Translations under genes and position numbers: made by a program
In this document: piece by piece, positions 48,857 to 62,188 of the stretch
How the letters are laid out: every line of letters begins with the position of its first letter
How positions within the stretch are numbered: position 1 is the stretch's first letter
Notes under the pieces: model-generated
The model's database searches: none
The model's input: the letters and a program-made list of their open reading frames with translations, nothing else
Told to the model about the DNA's origin: nothing
Assembly: GCA_026770705.1 (NCBI GenBank)
Contig: JANJGN010000676.1
Span: 1-64,000, forward strand
Source: Isurus oxyrinchus
Lineage: Eukaryota
DNA length: 64,000 nt
Direction of reading: 5' to 3'

Positions 48857-51171
48857 AAATTTCCCCTTTTTTTCCCCCATCAGCCTTCATTGTCACTCAG
48901 TTCCCGATTGTCATTGCCTGCTTAAGCTGAATGCCAAGACCCCGGAAATTTTGCCGGCTCCACTGTTATCCAGTGAGCTCCCTGGTAAGCGGCTTTTTTT
49001 CGAATATTAATTTCAAATATAATGAGAAAACATTTAGATCTACCAAGCACTGATATCCAACACATTGGATATTTATGAAGTTATTGGATTCAAACAAACC
49101 CATCAATTATTCCCTCTTCCTCAGCTCCACAGTGAGTGAGACAGGGAAAAGCAGAAAAGCAGCAATATTCCTGCCCCGCACTCTCCAATCACCCGCAGCC
49201 AGCAGTAAGCAGCGACTGCAGCTTCAATCAGCGGTTACTGCCCATCCCTGGGACACGAGATACTCCAACCAGGGCCAAACCTCCCAATACACGGAGCACA
49301 GGCTCAGGAAAACACAAGTAGATTATATCCCGATCACTAAACCTCCGAGCAGCATTTACAGAATTCCCGAGTGAGTGAGTCACAAATAAAAGTCACACAA
49401 ACTTTCTAATTCTTTTCACTGTAAAATTCCTTCATTTTATTGAAAAGCTGACTGTTGTGAATCTGAAAATGAGCACCATGGGATTTTTGTTACCGAGTGA
49501 CTTGTTTTCCACTGATTATCCTTCAGTTTTGCAATTCAAATTATGTTGGATATTGAAGCGAATCTGTTTTCAAAATGAGGTCACAAAGCAGCTAAATATT
49601 AAATCCAGAAACAAATCCTGAGGAAAATGGATCACAATGTTTGGAAGGAGGTGCATCTGAGAAGCGGAAACTGTGAATGATGTTATTGATGATTGAATGG
49701 AAGGCACTGGTACCTTGGTCAAAAATCGTGTCCCAGTGGTGAAAACGATGCTGTTAAAATCCTTTGGGGTTTCCCCAGGAAAATTCCAATCTTACCGACT
49801 GTGCTTCTGATTTCAACCAGGTGTCCACAGAACTCTCGGACCAATGGAAGAAAAACATCCAAAAATTTCTCCTGATTTTTGGACTCTAAGGGAACGAAGG
49901 GCGATTGGGATCGGGTGGGAATTTGGTCTTGAAGCTGGACATTCGCCATGATCTTATAAAGTGACGGTGGAGGCTTGAGGGGCCTTATGAAGTATTGTTG
50001 CTGCTTTGATTCTGTTCTATTTGAATAGCAACGCTAGGCAAGGTGATGGGCAGTAATAATGAAGCTTGGTTTCAAATACCACTTCCACTGCTGCTAAAAT
50101 TGCCTGATTAGTCGAAAAAGTGGTAGCTCACACTTAAAGCAGGTGTGTACGGTGTTTCACTATAACAGAAATTCTGAGAGACAATAAAATATAAATGGCT
50201 GTGGAGAAAAGGCGGGGCTGTTGAATTAGCTGTGAAACTTGTGCAGGACAGATATTCGTCTCCAGCTCTTTCTGCCAGTCCAGGTCAATTAGTTGCTTGA
50301 TGCAAACGCAGTCAGATGGTGCGAACGTAAAACAGAACGTGATCGGTTTACAGATAGCAGCGTACAGAGACATCAGGATCTTCCTGATTCGCCCAAGTAC
50401 TGATTACAGGTATGTGCACAGTGCCGATTATCCACAATCACACTTCCCTTCCAGTCTTGTCCGAGTTGTTCAGCTTTGAAAATGCTCATATTTTCACTTT
50501 GGATGTCAATGTGATGTAAGCAGAGCTGTGATATGCTTATATAGTTCAGCAGATGAACTGCAAGAAGTTATATAACAGGCAGATAACAGTGCTCTATGGA
50601 CGCAGTGAGCTCCAGTGAAGGATTCACACCATTAATATGTCGTTCAATTAGTCTCGTGACAAATCTCGTGCTGGAAATGACAAGAAATCTCGCTGAATTT
50701 CTTCCGTGCTTTGGTTCAAACCAGCCGAATACAAGATAGAAAGTACATCCCGCTCGAGTGGGTTATAAAATGGAAGAATGACCAGTGCTGTTCGGAAACA
50801 TAAAATTATACAAAGTCACAGCACAGAAAGAGGCTATTCAGCCTGGCGTGCTGCGTTCAAAGAGCAGTAGTGATTGGTTGATCCATCAGGAGTGATATTT
50901 ATGTCAGTGCAAACAGTAGGCAGCAAAATTTGCCCTTCTCCCACCCGTATTTTCCTGGCGTCACCATCTCTGTGGTCAGTGCTTTGCACCCAGCCCTTCT
51001 CTTGTCCTTCTTTCACTCCGCTTCTGTTTTTGTTCTCGACTTGTCCAAATATGACATTTCCAACTCTGTGGCGAAACTTCAACTATCACTTCACTGATTC
51101 TGGTGGAGCTGTTAAATGGTTTCCATCAATAACTAATTAATACTCATTTTAACAAGATAAAAAAATCTACA

Positions 51172-51243
51172 TTCGCTGATTGGGAATCAAACTCAGGCTA
51201 CTGTCAATAAAGTGTCGAACCCTGCCCACTCGAACACCGGGGA
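51172..51243 (-). pseudogene. Highly decayed tRNA-Glu
   Basis: Reverse complement TCCCCGGTGTTCGAGTGGGCAGGGTTCGACACTTTA...GAGTTTGATTCCCAATCAGCGAA; flank shared with other Glu modules. Confidence 0.5.
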
Positions 51244-51254
51244 AGCTACTGCCT

Positions 51255-53645
51255 TAATTTCCCTGTTCCTTTCACACACTGTAACCTGTCTCTCTCTGAA
51301 CATGCTGCATTCCGTTCTCTTAGGTTCAACCCTGACATTGTTATCAAACCAGCTGACAAGGGTGGTGCTGTTGTTGTCTGGCGCACTGACCTCTACCTCG
51401 CAGAGGCTGAGCGTCAACTCGCAGACATTTCCTCCTACCTGCCCCTGGACCATGACCCCACCACTGAACATCAAACCATTGTTTCCAGGATGGTTACAGA
51501 CCTCATCTCCTCTGGAGTTCTTCCTCCCACAGCTTCTAACCTCATAGTCTCCCAACCTTGGACGGCCCATTTATACCTCCTGCCCAAAATCCACAAACAG
51601 GACTGTTCCGGCAGACCGATCAGGTCAGCCTGTTCCTACCACATGGAATTAATTTATTGCTATCTTGACTCCATTCTCTCTCCCCTTGTCCAGTCCCTTC
51701 CCACCTACCTCCGTGATTCCTCTGACACCCTACATCATATCATCAATTTCCAGTTCCCTGGCCCCAACCGCCTCCTCTTCACCATGGACATCAATCCCTC
51801 TACAAATCCATCACCCACCGGGATGTTTTGAGGGCTCTCTCCTTCCTCCTCGAACAGAGGCCCGAACAATCCCCATCCACCCCTTCTATCCACCGCCTGG
51901 CTTAACTTGTTCTCACACTGAACAATTTCTCCTTAAACTCCTCTCACTTCCTCCAAAGAAAAGGTGTGGCTATGGGTACCCGCATGGGTCCCAGCTATGC
52001 CTGTGTCTTTATGGGGTATGTGGAAATGTCCTTGTTCCAGTCCTACTCCGGCCCCCTCCTACAACTTTTTCTCCGGTACATAGATGATTGTTTTTGTGCC
52101 ACTTCATGCTCTCATCTGGACCTGGAAAAATTTATTAATTTTGCTGCCAATTTCCAACCCTCCATCATTTTCACATGGTTCATTCCTGACACTTCCCTTC
52201 CCTTTCTTGACCTCTCTGTCTCAATCGCTGGCGATAGACTGTCCACCAATATCCATTACAAACCTACTGACTCCCACAGCTACCTCGACTACAGCTCCTC
52301 ACACCCCGCTTCCTGTAAGGACTTCATCCCATTCTCTCAGTTCCTTCGCCTCTGTCGCATCTGTTCTGATGATGCCACTTTCAAAAACGGTTCCTCTGAC
52401 ATGTCCTCCTTCTTCCTTAATTGAGGCTTCCACCCATGGTCACTGACAGGGCCCTCAACCGTGTCCAGCCCATCTCCCGTGCATCCGCCCTCATGCCTTC
52501 TCCTCCCTCCCAGAAACATGATAGGGTCCCCCTTGTCCTCACTTATCACCCCACCAGCCTCCACATTCAAAGGACTATTCTCCACCAACTCCAGCATGAT
52601 GCCACCACCAAACACATCTTGCTTTCAAACCACCACCACCCCCCCACCTCCCGGTGGCATTCTGCAGGGATCGTTCCCTCCGGGACACCCTGGTCCACTT
52701 CTCCATTACCCCCTACACCTCAACCCCCTCCCATGGCACCTTCCCATCCAATCACAAAACACTTGCTCCTTTACTTCCCCCCTCCTCAACGTCCAATGGC
52801 CAAAATATTCCTTTCAAGTGAAGCAGCAGTTCAGTTGCACTTCCCTCAATTTAGTCTACTGCATTTGATACTCCCAGTGCGGTTTCCTCTACATTGGAGA
52901 GACCAAACGCAGACTGGGTGACCGCTTTGCAGAACACCTTCGGTCTGTCTGCGAGCATGACTCAAACCTCCCTGTCGCTTGCCATTTCAACATACCACCC
53001 TGCTCTCTTGCCCACATGTCCGTCCTTGGTCTGCTGCAATTTCCAGTGAAGCTCAATGCAAACTGGAGGAACAGCACCTCATCTTACGATTTGGCACTTT
53101 ACAGCCTTCCAGACTGAATATTGTATTCAAAAACTTTAGCTCATGAAATCTCTCCTCCATCCCCACCTCTTTCTGTCCCCTTTTTTTTCCAGCAATTTAT
53201 ATATTTTTTTGTTCCCACCTATTTCCTTTATTTTTAAATGTACTTCCATCCATTGTTTTATCTCTACTTTTTAGCCTATTCCGATCCCTTCCCCCCACCC
53301 CACCCGCACTAGGGCTATCTCTACCTTCTTCGTTCTGATTTCTACCCTTAATGTCACCTATTAGCACATTTCTTAGCTAATATCACCACCGTCAACAACA
53401 TCCCTTTGTCCTTTTGTCTATGACATCTCTTCTTTGCCTCCACATATCACTGCCCCCCGATCCAGCTCAACCTGCCCCAGCCCCCACTACCAGCTTATAT
53501 TTCACCGCATTTCTCCATTTCCTTAGTTCTGAAGAAGAGTCATACGGACTCGAAACGTCAACTGTATTCCTCTCCACAGATGCTGTCAGGCCTGCTGGGT
53601 TTTTCCAGGTAGCTTTATTTTTCAGCACCCGCAGTATTTTGCTTT
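51255..53645 (+). mobile_element. Penelope-like retroelement (RT + GIY-YIG), frameshifted
   Basis: IKPADKGGAVVV, YLLPKIHK..GRPI, AMGTRMGPSYACVFMG, FLRYIDD, FLDL, YKPTD and YIGETKRRLGDRFAEHL; 3' terminal region carries a hammerhead motif. Confidence 0.92.
53525..53563 (+). ncRNA. Minimal type I hammerhead ribozyme motif
   Basis: AGTT-CTGAAGA-A-GAGTC(atacg)GACTC-GAAA-CG-TC-AACT: helix I AGTT/AACT, helix II, palindromic ACGT helix III, GUC cleavage triplet. Confidence 0.65.
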
Positions 53646-55403
53646 TAACTGAGAGAGGGAAATCAATATGTTTCAGTGAGATAGACACTGTCTCACGTCG
53701 AGAGATGACAGAATTTAAGTGATTGTGGTGACAAACGTGCCCATCTTAGCAAAGAAATGGTTGGCATGACATGAATTTCTAAACAAGAGCACACAACAGG
53801 ATATACTTTCAATGAATATTTACATTATTCGACGATCTGTAGTTACAGTTTGAATAAGAGAAAATAAAATAAAATGAAACATTCTGGTGAAGATAAATCT
53901 TTTATCTTTGTGGAATGAAGCAACATGATTTCTTTTCACACCGACACACAGAACAGGCGATGTCTCATATGTAATACTGTTGGCTGTGATGATACTGAAT
54001 CTCAGGGGCTGTGCGGAACAAACAGTCAAAACCTATAGTTTTAGGCCAAAGTCAAAGGCCCATTTCGAACTCAACGTTCACCTTATAGATTCATAGAATA
54101 TTGTGGTAACAACAGAGACAGAGCCTGGTGTGGTAATTACTGAGACAGGGCCTAGTGCAATTTAAGCAGAGGCATGACTAGAGAGGCCATCTAATGTTAC
54201 TTAAGCAAAAACGTGACCTAGAGCATGAATAACAGGGGTGGGGACGTGTGCGATATTAACATGGACAAGGTCTACTGCTGTAACAGCGGAGATGGGTCTA
54301 GTGCAATAGTTACCGATACAGGGCCTGGATCAACATCAAGTGAAATAGGGCAGTTATTACAGGCACAGGGCACAGAGTAATTGCTTCCCAGAGAGAGTCT
54401 AAGGCCGTAATATTGGAGACTGCCACCAGTGTAAGAGAGACAGACATGATCTCCTGGAGTAAAAACAGGGAAAGGGAGAGTGGAATAGAAGCAGAGACAG
54501 AGGTACAAAGACAAAGTCTCTGCAAAGACAGGATCCATTTTAATTAAAAAGAAAGACAAGTTCGAGTGTGATACAGGCTGATAGAGAGTCTAGTGTAAAT
54601 TGTTCTGAAATACAGTCTGGAGGAACATAAGTGCAGACATGATTGAGTGTGTTATAAGCAGGGCCGCGACCTAGTGAAACATAAGTGAGGCAGTGCTGAG
54701 TGCAGTAATAATTGAGACAGGATCTTGTGCAATACGAACCTGCCTAGTGTAGTGATAACACAGACTGGATCCAGTTTTAGAAAACTGATACACGGTCTAA
54801 TGCAGCTTCACATAATTCAGGGCTCTTTTTAATATCAACCGATGCAGTGTCTGGTGAATTAAATACCGGCAAAGGTACAAGATCAATAAAAGCAGAGACC
54901 TACCCTAGTACAGCAATAAGAGAGTAATGGTTTTGGTCAATAACACCAGAAACAGGGAATTGTGTGATATGAATGGAGGCATGTATTGGTGCAGCATTAC
55001 CTGAGACAGGGTCCAGTTGGATAGAGACGTGGCAGGTTCTGCTGGAGTAATAGCTGAGACAGAGTCTTGTGAAATGGAAATATAGTTTTCTATAACCAGA
55101 GACAAGCTCTAGTGCAGTGCCAACTGGGGCATGGCTTATTGTAACTTTAGCCGAGACCTGCTTCAGTGCAGTCATGACTGAGATGGTGCCAACTGTATTG
55201 TGGCCCTAGTCCAGTACATAAACAACTGCAACTGAGCCAATTACAGAAACAACTGAGAGATGACCTTCTCTAATATGATCAGAGACATGACCTAGTGTAA
55301 TAGAAAGAGAAACGGCGTCTAATTTAATATGAACAGAGACAGTGCCAAATGCAGTAATAATTGAGACAGTGCCTGCTTAATGTGATGTGGGCAATCATGG
55401 TTA

Positions 55404-55438
55404 CACTGCCACCCATTGGTCAATCTATGCTACTGCAG
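55404..55438 (-). promoter_or_regulatory. CTCF-like site (core + upstream motif), copy 4
   Basis: Minus strand TGCAGTAGC-atagat-TGACCAATGGGTGGCAGTG. Confidence 0.5.
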
Positions 55439-55507
55439 GTGTTGTGAAAATGGCGATTGAATTTACTGTTTCTGAGATCATTCGTTAAAATCAGAAATAA
55501 TGGAAAA

Positions 55508-55589
55508 CATAGTCGACAGGATTTGGACCTGCGCATGGTAACCCAAATGGATTCCAAGTCCATCGCCTTAACCACTCGGCCACGACTAC
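55508..55589 (-). pseudogene. tRNA-Ser body with TGG (Pro) anticodon; probable pseudogene
   Basis: GTAGTCGTGGCCGAGTGGTTAAGGCGATGGACT-TGG-AATCCATTTGGGTTACCATGCGCAGGTCCAAATCCTGTCGACTATG; T loop TCCAAAT. Confidence 0.75.
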
Positions 55590-56269
55590 AGATGTTGACA
55601 TTAAGCCTGTATTATTTATATGAAGTCATAGAATGGTTACAGCAGACGAAGAGGGGCTTCTCCCCGCCCTGTCTCTGTCACAACCTAGCCGGGCATGCAC
55701 ACGCGTTATTTCCGATGTGGAAATTCAGGAAGATCAATGTTGTTTCCGCCTCGAGCCTCAGCTTGTTCTGAATTTCAAACTGTGGAAGGTAATCGACCTG
55801 CAAAATCCACAAGGTTGCAATGCATTCCTCTCAATCATCATAAACATCATTCAAATCTTCCACTTCTTTGCTGCATCTCCTTCCAAATATTGCAAACTCC
55901 ACTTGCATCGTCCATCCTGATATTGTTCTCTTTGATATTTTAATATGAAGTTGCACAACCAATGTTAATCAAGTTTGTGTTGGTGAATATGTGTCTATCC
56001 CCTCGGGGAACTGAACCACATTGACACACACAGAGGAACACACACTGACACATACAACGAGAGTGACAGAGGCCGATGGAGTGTCAAACACCCAGAAAGC
56101 AATGATGTCACCAACTTGGCCAATTATTGTTCATTTCAGACTGCAAATGTAGTGAATATTTGTAGATGAACTGAAGTCAGAAACACCGGGGTATTTGGGT
56201 GGTTTTCTTTTTCATTTGACTGATAATTTATTCTGCAGACAGTTTGTGTCAATCAGGAATGAGATGAAG

Positions 56270-56328
56270 GGGAGTTGGCAGGATTCGGACCACGTGGAAA
56301 AACGCCTGAACCACTCGGCCAGGACAAC
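56270..56328 (-). pseudogene. Internally deleted tRNA-Ser (no anticodon arm)
   Basis: Reverse complement GTTGTCCTGGCCGAGTGGTTCAGGCG-TTTTTCCACGTGGTCCGAATCCTGCCAAC. Confidence 0.6.
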
Positions 56329-56561
56329 AGCGTGAAGGCTGCATTGTTGTTTGTTTAAAATAATAGAATGAATACAGGGAGTTCCAGTGAAAGAAGATCT
56401 TCCAGTCCGTGCCATTGTCCCACCTTTTCCCAGTCACCCTAGGATTTACACTGTCTCTCCTCATTCTCCCAACTGAAATACAACTATGCACAGCTCAGCT
56501 GCTCCTTCGCCGCACAGAGAATCTTTTGGAAGCGTCTCAAATAACAAAGCACCAGAAAGTG

Positions 56562-56641
56562 TGGCAGCGGTGGGAGTAAAGCCCAAATTACCAGAGAGAT
56601 CAAAACCTAACCAGCGGCTGAGCCCGCTCAGCCTCACTACC
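56562..56641 (-). pseudogene. Decayed tRNA-Leu pseudogene
   Basis: Reverse complement GGTAGTGAGGCTGAGCGG...CTGG...CTCCCACCGCTGCCA; paralogue of 46461-46543. Confidence 0.55.
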
Positions 56642-57339
56642 ACATTGAGATTAGACACCAGCATTGTCTTCACCAACGTTGACACTGAATTAGAATATAA
56701 AACATAATGTTCAAGAATTGGCCATTCGGTTCCTCGAGCATTCTCAGTTACTTAACAAGATCATGTGAAAACTTCAATCATCCTCCGCTTTGTAACATCC
56801 AGAAGTTTAGTTACTGAACAGTCTCCACTCAAAATAAAGAGAGAAATGTCCTGTTAACTGATTTTTTTTGCTGATATGAAGTCAGAGAACTAACATGAAT
56901 AATGTTTGGGCGGTGAAAATGGGAAACTGAACCACATTGACACACACAGAAAATCACAAATATGCACGTTGTTAAGATTTGAAATTGTGCTTATTTTCAC
57001 ACTGTCTTTCAATGTGCAGAAAGTGGAGCTGTGATCAGCTTATATCTCAGAAGATGTACAGCAAGAAGGTATATAACAGGCTGATGCTCACGGTGTCTGT
57101 TTGAACTCAGTGAGCTGCGATTGAGACCATTTAATTGTCGTTCAACGAGTCCAGTTCCAAATTCTGTGCTCGAAATGATAAGAAAACTTGCTGAATTTGC
57201 TTATTAACTTGAATGCAAAGCATCACATGGAAGATAAGAAAGTTCATCTTAACCATGGTGTTAGGAAACATAAAATGACAGAAAGTTACAGCAAAGGAAA
57301 AGGCCATTCGGCCCTGTGTGCTGCTTTAAAAGAACAGTG

Positions 57340-57570
57340 TGACTGGTTGATCTGAATGATATTCATTGTTTACGAAGAATGGACAAAAAGGAAAATGGGA
57401 TGGGGTTGCGCTGTTAATAAGGAACGAGATCGTTACATTGGTGAGAGAGGATCTTAGATTGAAGGATCAAGATGTAGAATCAGTTTGGGTAGAGCTAAGA
57501 AACAGCAAGAGGCAGCAACCATTGGTGGGCGTTGTTTATAGGCCGCCAAACTGTAGTGGAGTTTACTTTT
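57340..57570 (+). mobile_element. CR1 endonuclease-domain fragment
   Basis: GVALLIR...VESVWVELRN....LVGVVYRPPN. Confidence 0.8.
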
Positions 57571-58245
57571 ACAAACTTCACCAAGGATAAGTTTCTTTGA
57601 CCAAATGGTCTGAGTCAGATGAACACAAGCGACGCCTTCAGCCAATGAGAAGAACCATTGCTGTTCGCTGGAACATGAAATCGATACTTTCCTCCTTTAA
57701 GCCAGTTCTTAAACCCTCCCCCTTTGACCGAAGTTTTAGTCATCTGACCGATTATGTGGCTCAGTGTCATACTTTGTTATATAATGATTCTGGGGAACGC
57801 CTTGTGACGTTTCATTAGGTAAAAGGAGCTTTATAAATATAAGTTGTTGTTGTAGTCCATACATAGAAAGAGACAAACTACTCTTTCCTCTTTCATCCTG
57901 ATATTTTTCACAGTAATATTGAAATGTGAAGTTGCACAACTAATGTGAATACGGTTTGTACTCGTAAAAATGTGTTCGCCTCCTCGGGGAACTGAACCAC
58001 ATTGACCCACACTGAGGAACACACTCAGAGGTATACACCGAGAGTGACAGAGGCCTAAGGAAGGACAAATGCCAGAATGAAATAATGTCACCAGATTGGC
58101 TCTGTGTTTTTCCATTTCCCACTGGAGATTTGCAGAAGGCTGAAAAATAAACGGAAACAAGAGATCACGGGTGTGTTTGGATCGCTCGATTCAAACGATA
58201 ATTAGCTCTGTCTGTGCACGGTTAAAATCAGAAAAAAATGAGAAA

Positions 58246-58327
58246 CATAATCTTCAGGATTCAAACCTGCGCGGGGTAAACCCAATGGATTTCTAATCCA
58301 TCGCCTTAACCACTCGGCCATGACTAC
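58246..58327 (-). pseudogene. tRNA-Ser(AGA), probable pseudogene
   Basis: GTAGTCATGGCCGAGTGGTTAAGGCGATGGATTAGAAATCCATTGGG...GCAGGTTTGAATCCTGAAGATTATG; acceptor and T-stem mismatches. Confidence 0.75.
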
Positions 58328-58497
58328 AGAAGCTGCTCACATGTTACTATTATTTATATGAAATCATGCAATGGTTACAGCAGAGAAAGCTGTCTTTCTG
58401 CCGTTCCTGTCACTGCCATTACCTGACCTTTTCCCCAGAACCCTGCAATTTATCCTGTCTCTCCTCGTTCTTCTGACCAAACTGGGAATGAAAGAGT

Positions 58498-59795
58498 GAG
58501 ACTGATCCAACCCGGCCAATTACCGGCCCATCAGTCTACTCACCATCATGAGTAAATTAATGGAAAGAGTCATCAACAGCGCTATCAAGAGGCACTGACT
58601 TAGCAATAACCTGCTCACTGATGCCCAGCTTGGGTTCCACAAGGACCACTCAGCTCCTGATCTCATTACAGCCTTGGCTCAAATATAAACAAAAGAGCTG
58701 AACTCCCGAGATGAGGCGAAATCAGCATTTGACCGAGTGTGGCATCAAGGTGCCCGAGCACAACTGGAGTCAATGGGAATCAGGGGGAAACTCTCGGCTT
58801 GTTGGAGTCATACCGAGCACAAAGGAAGATGGTTGTGGTTGCTGGAGGTCAGTCATCTTATCTCCAGGACATCACTGCAGGAGTTCCTTAGGGGAGTGTC
58901 CTCGGTCCAACCATCTTCAGCAATAAACTTCCATCCATCATAAGGTCAGAAGTGGCGAAGTTAGCTGATGATTGCACAATGTTCAGCACAATACCCGACT
59001 CCTCAGATACTGAAGCAGTCCATGTCCAAATGCAGCAAGACCTGGACAATATCCAGGCTTGGGCTGACAAGTGGCAAGTAACATTTGCACCCCACAAGTG
59101 TCAACATGAGAGAATCCAACTATCGCCTCTTGATGTTCAATGGCATTAACCTCACTAAACCCCTCACTATCAACATCCCGGGCGTTCCCATTGACCAGGA
59201 ACTGAACTGGAATAACCATATAAACACTGTGGCTACAAGAGTAGGTCAGAGGTTAGGAATCATGCAACGTGTAACTCACCTCCTGACTCCCCAAAGCCTG
59301 TCTACCATCTAGAAGGCACAAGTTAGGAGCATGATGGAATATTCCCAACTTGCTTGGATGGGTGCAGCCCCCTCAACACTAAAGAAGCTGGACACCGTCC
59401 AGGGCAAAGCAGTCCACTTGACTGGCACCACATCCACATTCACTCCCTTCACCACCGATGCACAGTAGCAGCAGTGTGTACCATCTACAAGATGCACTGC
59501 AGGAATTCACCAAGGCTGCTTAGGCAGTAGTGTCCAAACCTACGACCATTACCAGCAAGAGGAACAAGGGCAGCAGATAGATAGGAACACCATCACCTTC
59601 AATTCAGTCACTATCCTGACTTGGAAATATATCGCCATCCCTTCACTTTCACTGGGTCAAAATCCTGGAACTCCCTTCCTACACCACTGCAAATGTTCAA
59701 GAAGGTAGACCACCTTTTCAAGGGCAATTCGGGATGGACAATAAATGCTGGCCCAGACTGTGAAGCCCACATCACGTGAATGAATTAAAAAAAAG
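58498..59795 (+). mobile_element. Non-LTR (CR1/L2-like) LINE, 5'-truncated RT and 3' tail
   Basis: NYRPISLL, 'LADDCTMF', 'QQDLDNIQAWADKWQVTFAPHKCQ'; ends gaatgaattaaaaaaa. Confidence 0.85.
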
Positions 59796-61280
59796 CTCCA
59801 GGTTTACCTGCTAATTATATTGCCTTGAACTTCTGACCAAAGTAAAGTCCTGCAAACGTCAGTCCCTAGAGTAAGGCTGACGTATTTGCTCAGGTGCGGG
59901 ACCAGCTGAAGCTTTGAATATTGGTTTTCTTAACACCGATTTCCAATGGGAATTGTTCAATGACTTGGAAGCGAAAAAACAGGGCTAAGGAGAAAGATAA
60001 GGAAATTGTCATTAATTATAAAGCTCTTTGTACAAAACTGACATAGATACGATGTGTGGAAGGTCCTCTTACTGCGCTGTGCCATTTGATGCTGACATTG
60101 TTGATCAGTCTGTCTCCAGCATTCCTAATGAGAACAGCCGAATTCCATTTCTTCAAAACAAAGACCCAAAGTGCTGCTGCATGACGTCACCGTTTAACAT
60201 TCCAGACAGCTCCATTGGGATCTTTACAGCGCAGGGTTTATAGAGGCGAGTGGGGTCATATTCACTTCACAGATGATGGAGCTGCGGTTTGATACCTGGC
60301 AAGAGCATTATCCAAGATTGTTTATTTGAGTGAGGGAAAGTTCGATAATATACGTTTGTTGTAAATATGAACATGACGGTTGGAATCCTGCTGACTAAAG
60401 TTTTCACCGTTTGTGATTTTAACCAAATTAATTATCAGTTAATTGGAAGGAAACCCATCCAAATATGTCTGTATTTTCTGGTTTCCATTCATCTGTCAGC
60501 ATTCAGGAAATTTGCTTTCGGAAATGGAACAAACACTGAGCCAAGTTGGTGACATTCATGCTTTTTGTGTGTGTGTCTCTCCTTTGGCCACTGTCACTCC
60601 CGGTGTTTCTCTCTGTGTCTGTTCCTCTGTGATTATCAATGTGGTTCAGTTCCCTGAGAGGGTGAAAACTTTTTTAACGTCACAAACTTGATTCACATTA
60701 GTTCAGGTTAAAATGTCGATGAGAAAAGTATCAGCGTGAAAGATAAAGCAGGAGACTGGCTCTTTCTATATATATCCTACAACAGCAACAACTTGTATAA
60801 ATAAAGCACTTTTAACCTGTTGAAACGTCACAAGGTGTTCCCCGTGAGATTTATATAACAAAGTGTGACACTGAGCCTCATATTCGGTCAAATGACTAAA
60901 ATCTCGGTCAAAGGGGGAGGCTTTAAAAACTGTATAAAAGGAGGAAAGTATCGATTTCATGTTCCAGCTCACAGCAATGGTTCTTCTCATTGGTGAAGAA
61001 GTCACTTGTCCATTGACTCGGGATTGGCTCTTCCATTGGACCAACAGCGAATAGGATGGAGGCTTTTGGAAATTGAAAGTTACACATGAGCAGCTTATGG
61101 GGCTATTTCACCTCACTGTCGATTTCATGTTTCACCTCACGGCAACGGTTGTTTTCATTGGCTGATGAAGTCATTTATCTTGAACCTAAACAGGCAGTTT
61201 TTTGCTGAAAGAGCTCTGAACGAAAGAACAATAGGCAAAAGCCACGTAGATAAGCCGAATCGAAAAACTAAGATACAATT

Positions 61281-61352
61281 TCGCTGGTTCTCTAGTGGTT
61301 AGGATCCGGTGCTCTCACCGCTGCGGCCCGGGTTCGATTCCCGGTCAGGGAA
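61281..61352 (+). tRNA. trnae-cuc: tRNA-Glu(CTC), several substitutions
   Basis: TCGCTGGTTCTCTAGTGGTTAGGATCCGGTGCTCTCACCGCTGCGGCCCGGGTTCGATTCCCGGTCAGGGAA; B box intact. Confidence 0.8.
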
Positions 61353-62115
61353 CGTTGCTTGATTGAATTTTTTGAAACGAGTGCTGAACACTCTTTGATT
61401 AGAAATGTTTAAAAGCTTCAGCAGAATCAGAAGAGTGAGGGTTTAAATTTCGCCTCAGATCTGGAAAACATCACACTCGTGAGTGGCAGTGAAGGAAGAG
61501 GAGAGGAGAAGGGTGTTTACAAAGCACTAGCTATAGAAATGTTGGTGTGAGGCAAAATATGGGTGGGAAAAGTACGAATTTTGCTTCCTACTGTTTGCAC
61601 TGGCACAAAAATCACTCCTGATGGCTCAACCAATCACAACTGCTCTTTGAAAGCAGCACACCCGGCCGAATGGCCTCTTTCTGCGCTGTAACTTTCTATA
61701 ATTTTATGTTTCCCAACAACACGGGTCATTCTGCCATTTTATAACCCACTCGAGTGAGATGTACTTTCTTACCTTGTATTCGGCTCTTTTGAAACCAAAA
61801 CACGGAGCAAATTCAATGAGTTTTCTTCACATTTACAGCACGAGATTTGTCACGAGACAAATTGAACGACACATTAATGGTGCCGATCCTTCACTGGAGC
61901 TCTGCGTCCATAGAGCACTGTTATCATCAGCCTGTTCTTTACCTTCGAGCAGTATATCTGCTGAACAATATAAGCTTATCACAGCTCTGCTTTATTCACA
62001 TTGGAACCCAGTGTGAAGATCAATTAAAAAGCTGAACAACTGGGAGGAGAGTGACTGTGGATAATCGGCACTGGGCATCCACGTATGTTGGGATAATACG
62101 AAACAGTATTCACAT

Positions 62116-62188
62116 TTCTGGGTAGCTCAATTGGTAGAGCGTGCAGCTCTTAATCTCTGCGTTGTGGGTTCCAGCCACATGATAGTTG
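62116..62188 (+). pseudogene. tRNA-Lys(CTT) pseudogene
   Basis: ..GGTAGCTCAATTGGTAGAGCGTGCAGCTCTTAATCTC..GTGGGTTCCAGCC; left arm of an inverted repeat. Confidence 0.65.

Larger units (their letters stand above)
53650..55690 (+). repeat. Segmental duplication unit A, copy 2 (27-bp array ~54110-55375)
   Basis: Colinear with 29925-31985. Confidence 0.9.
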
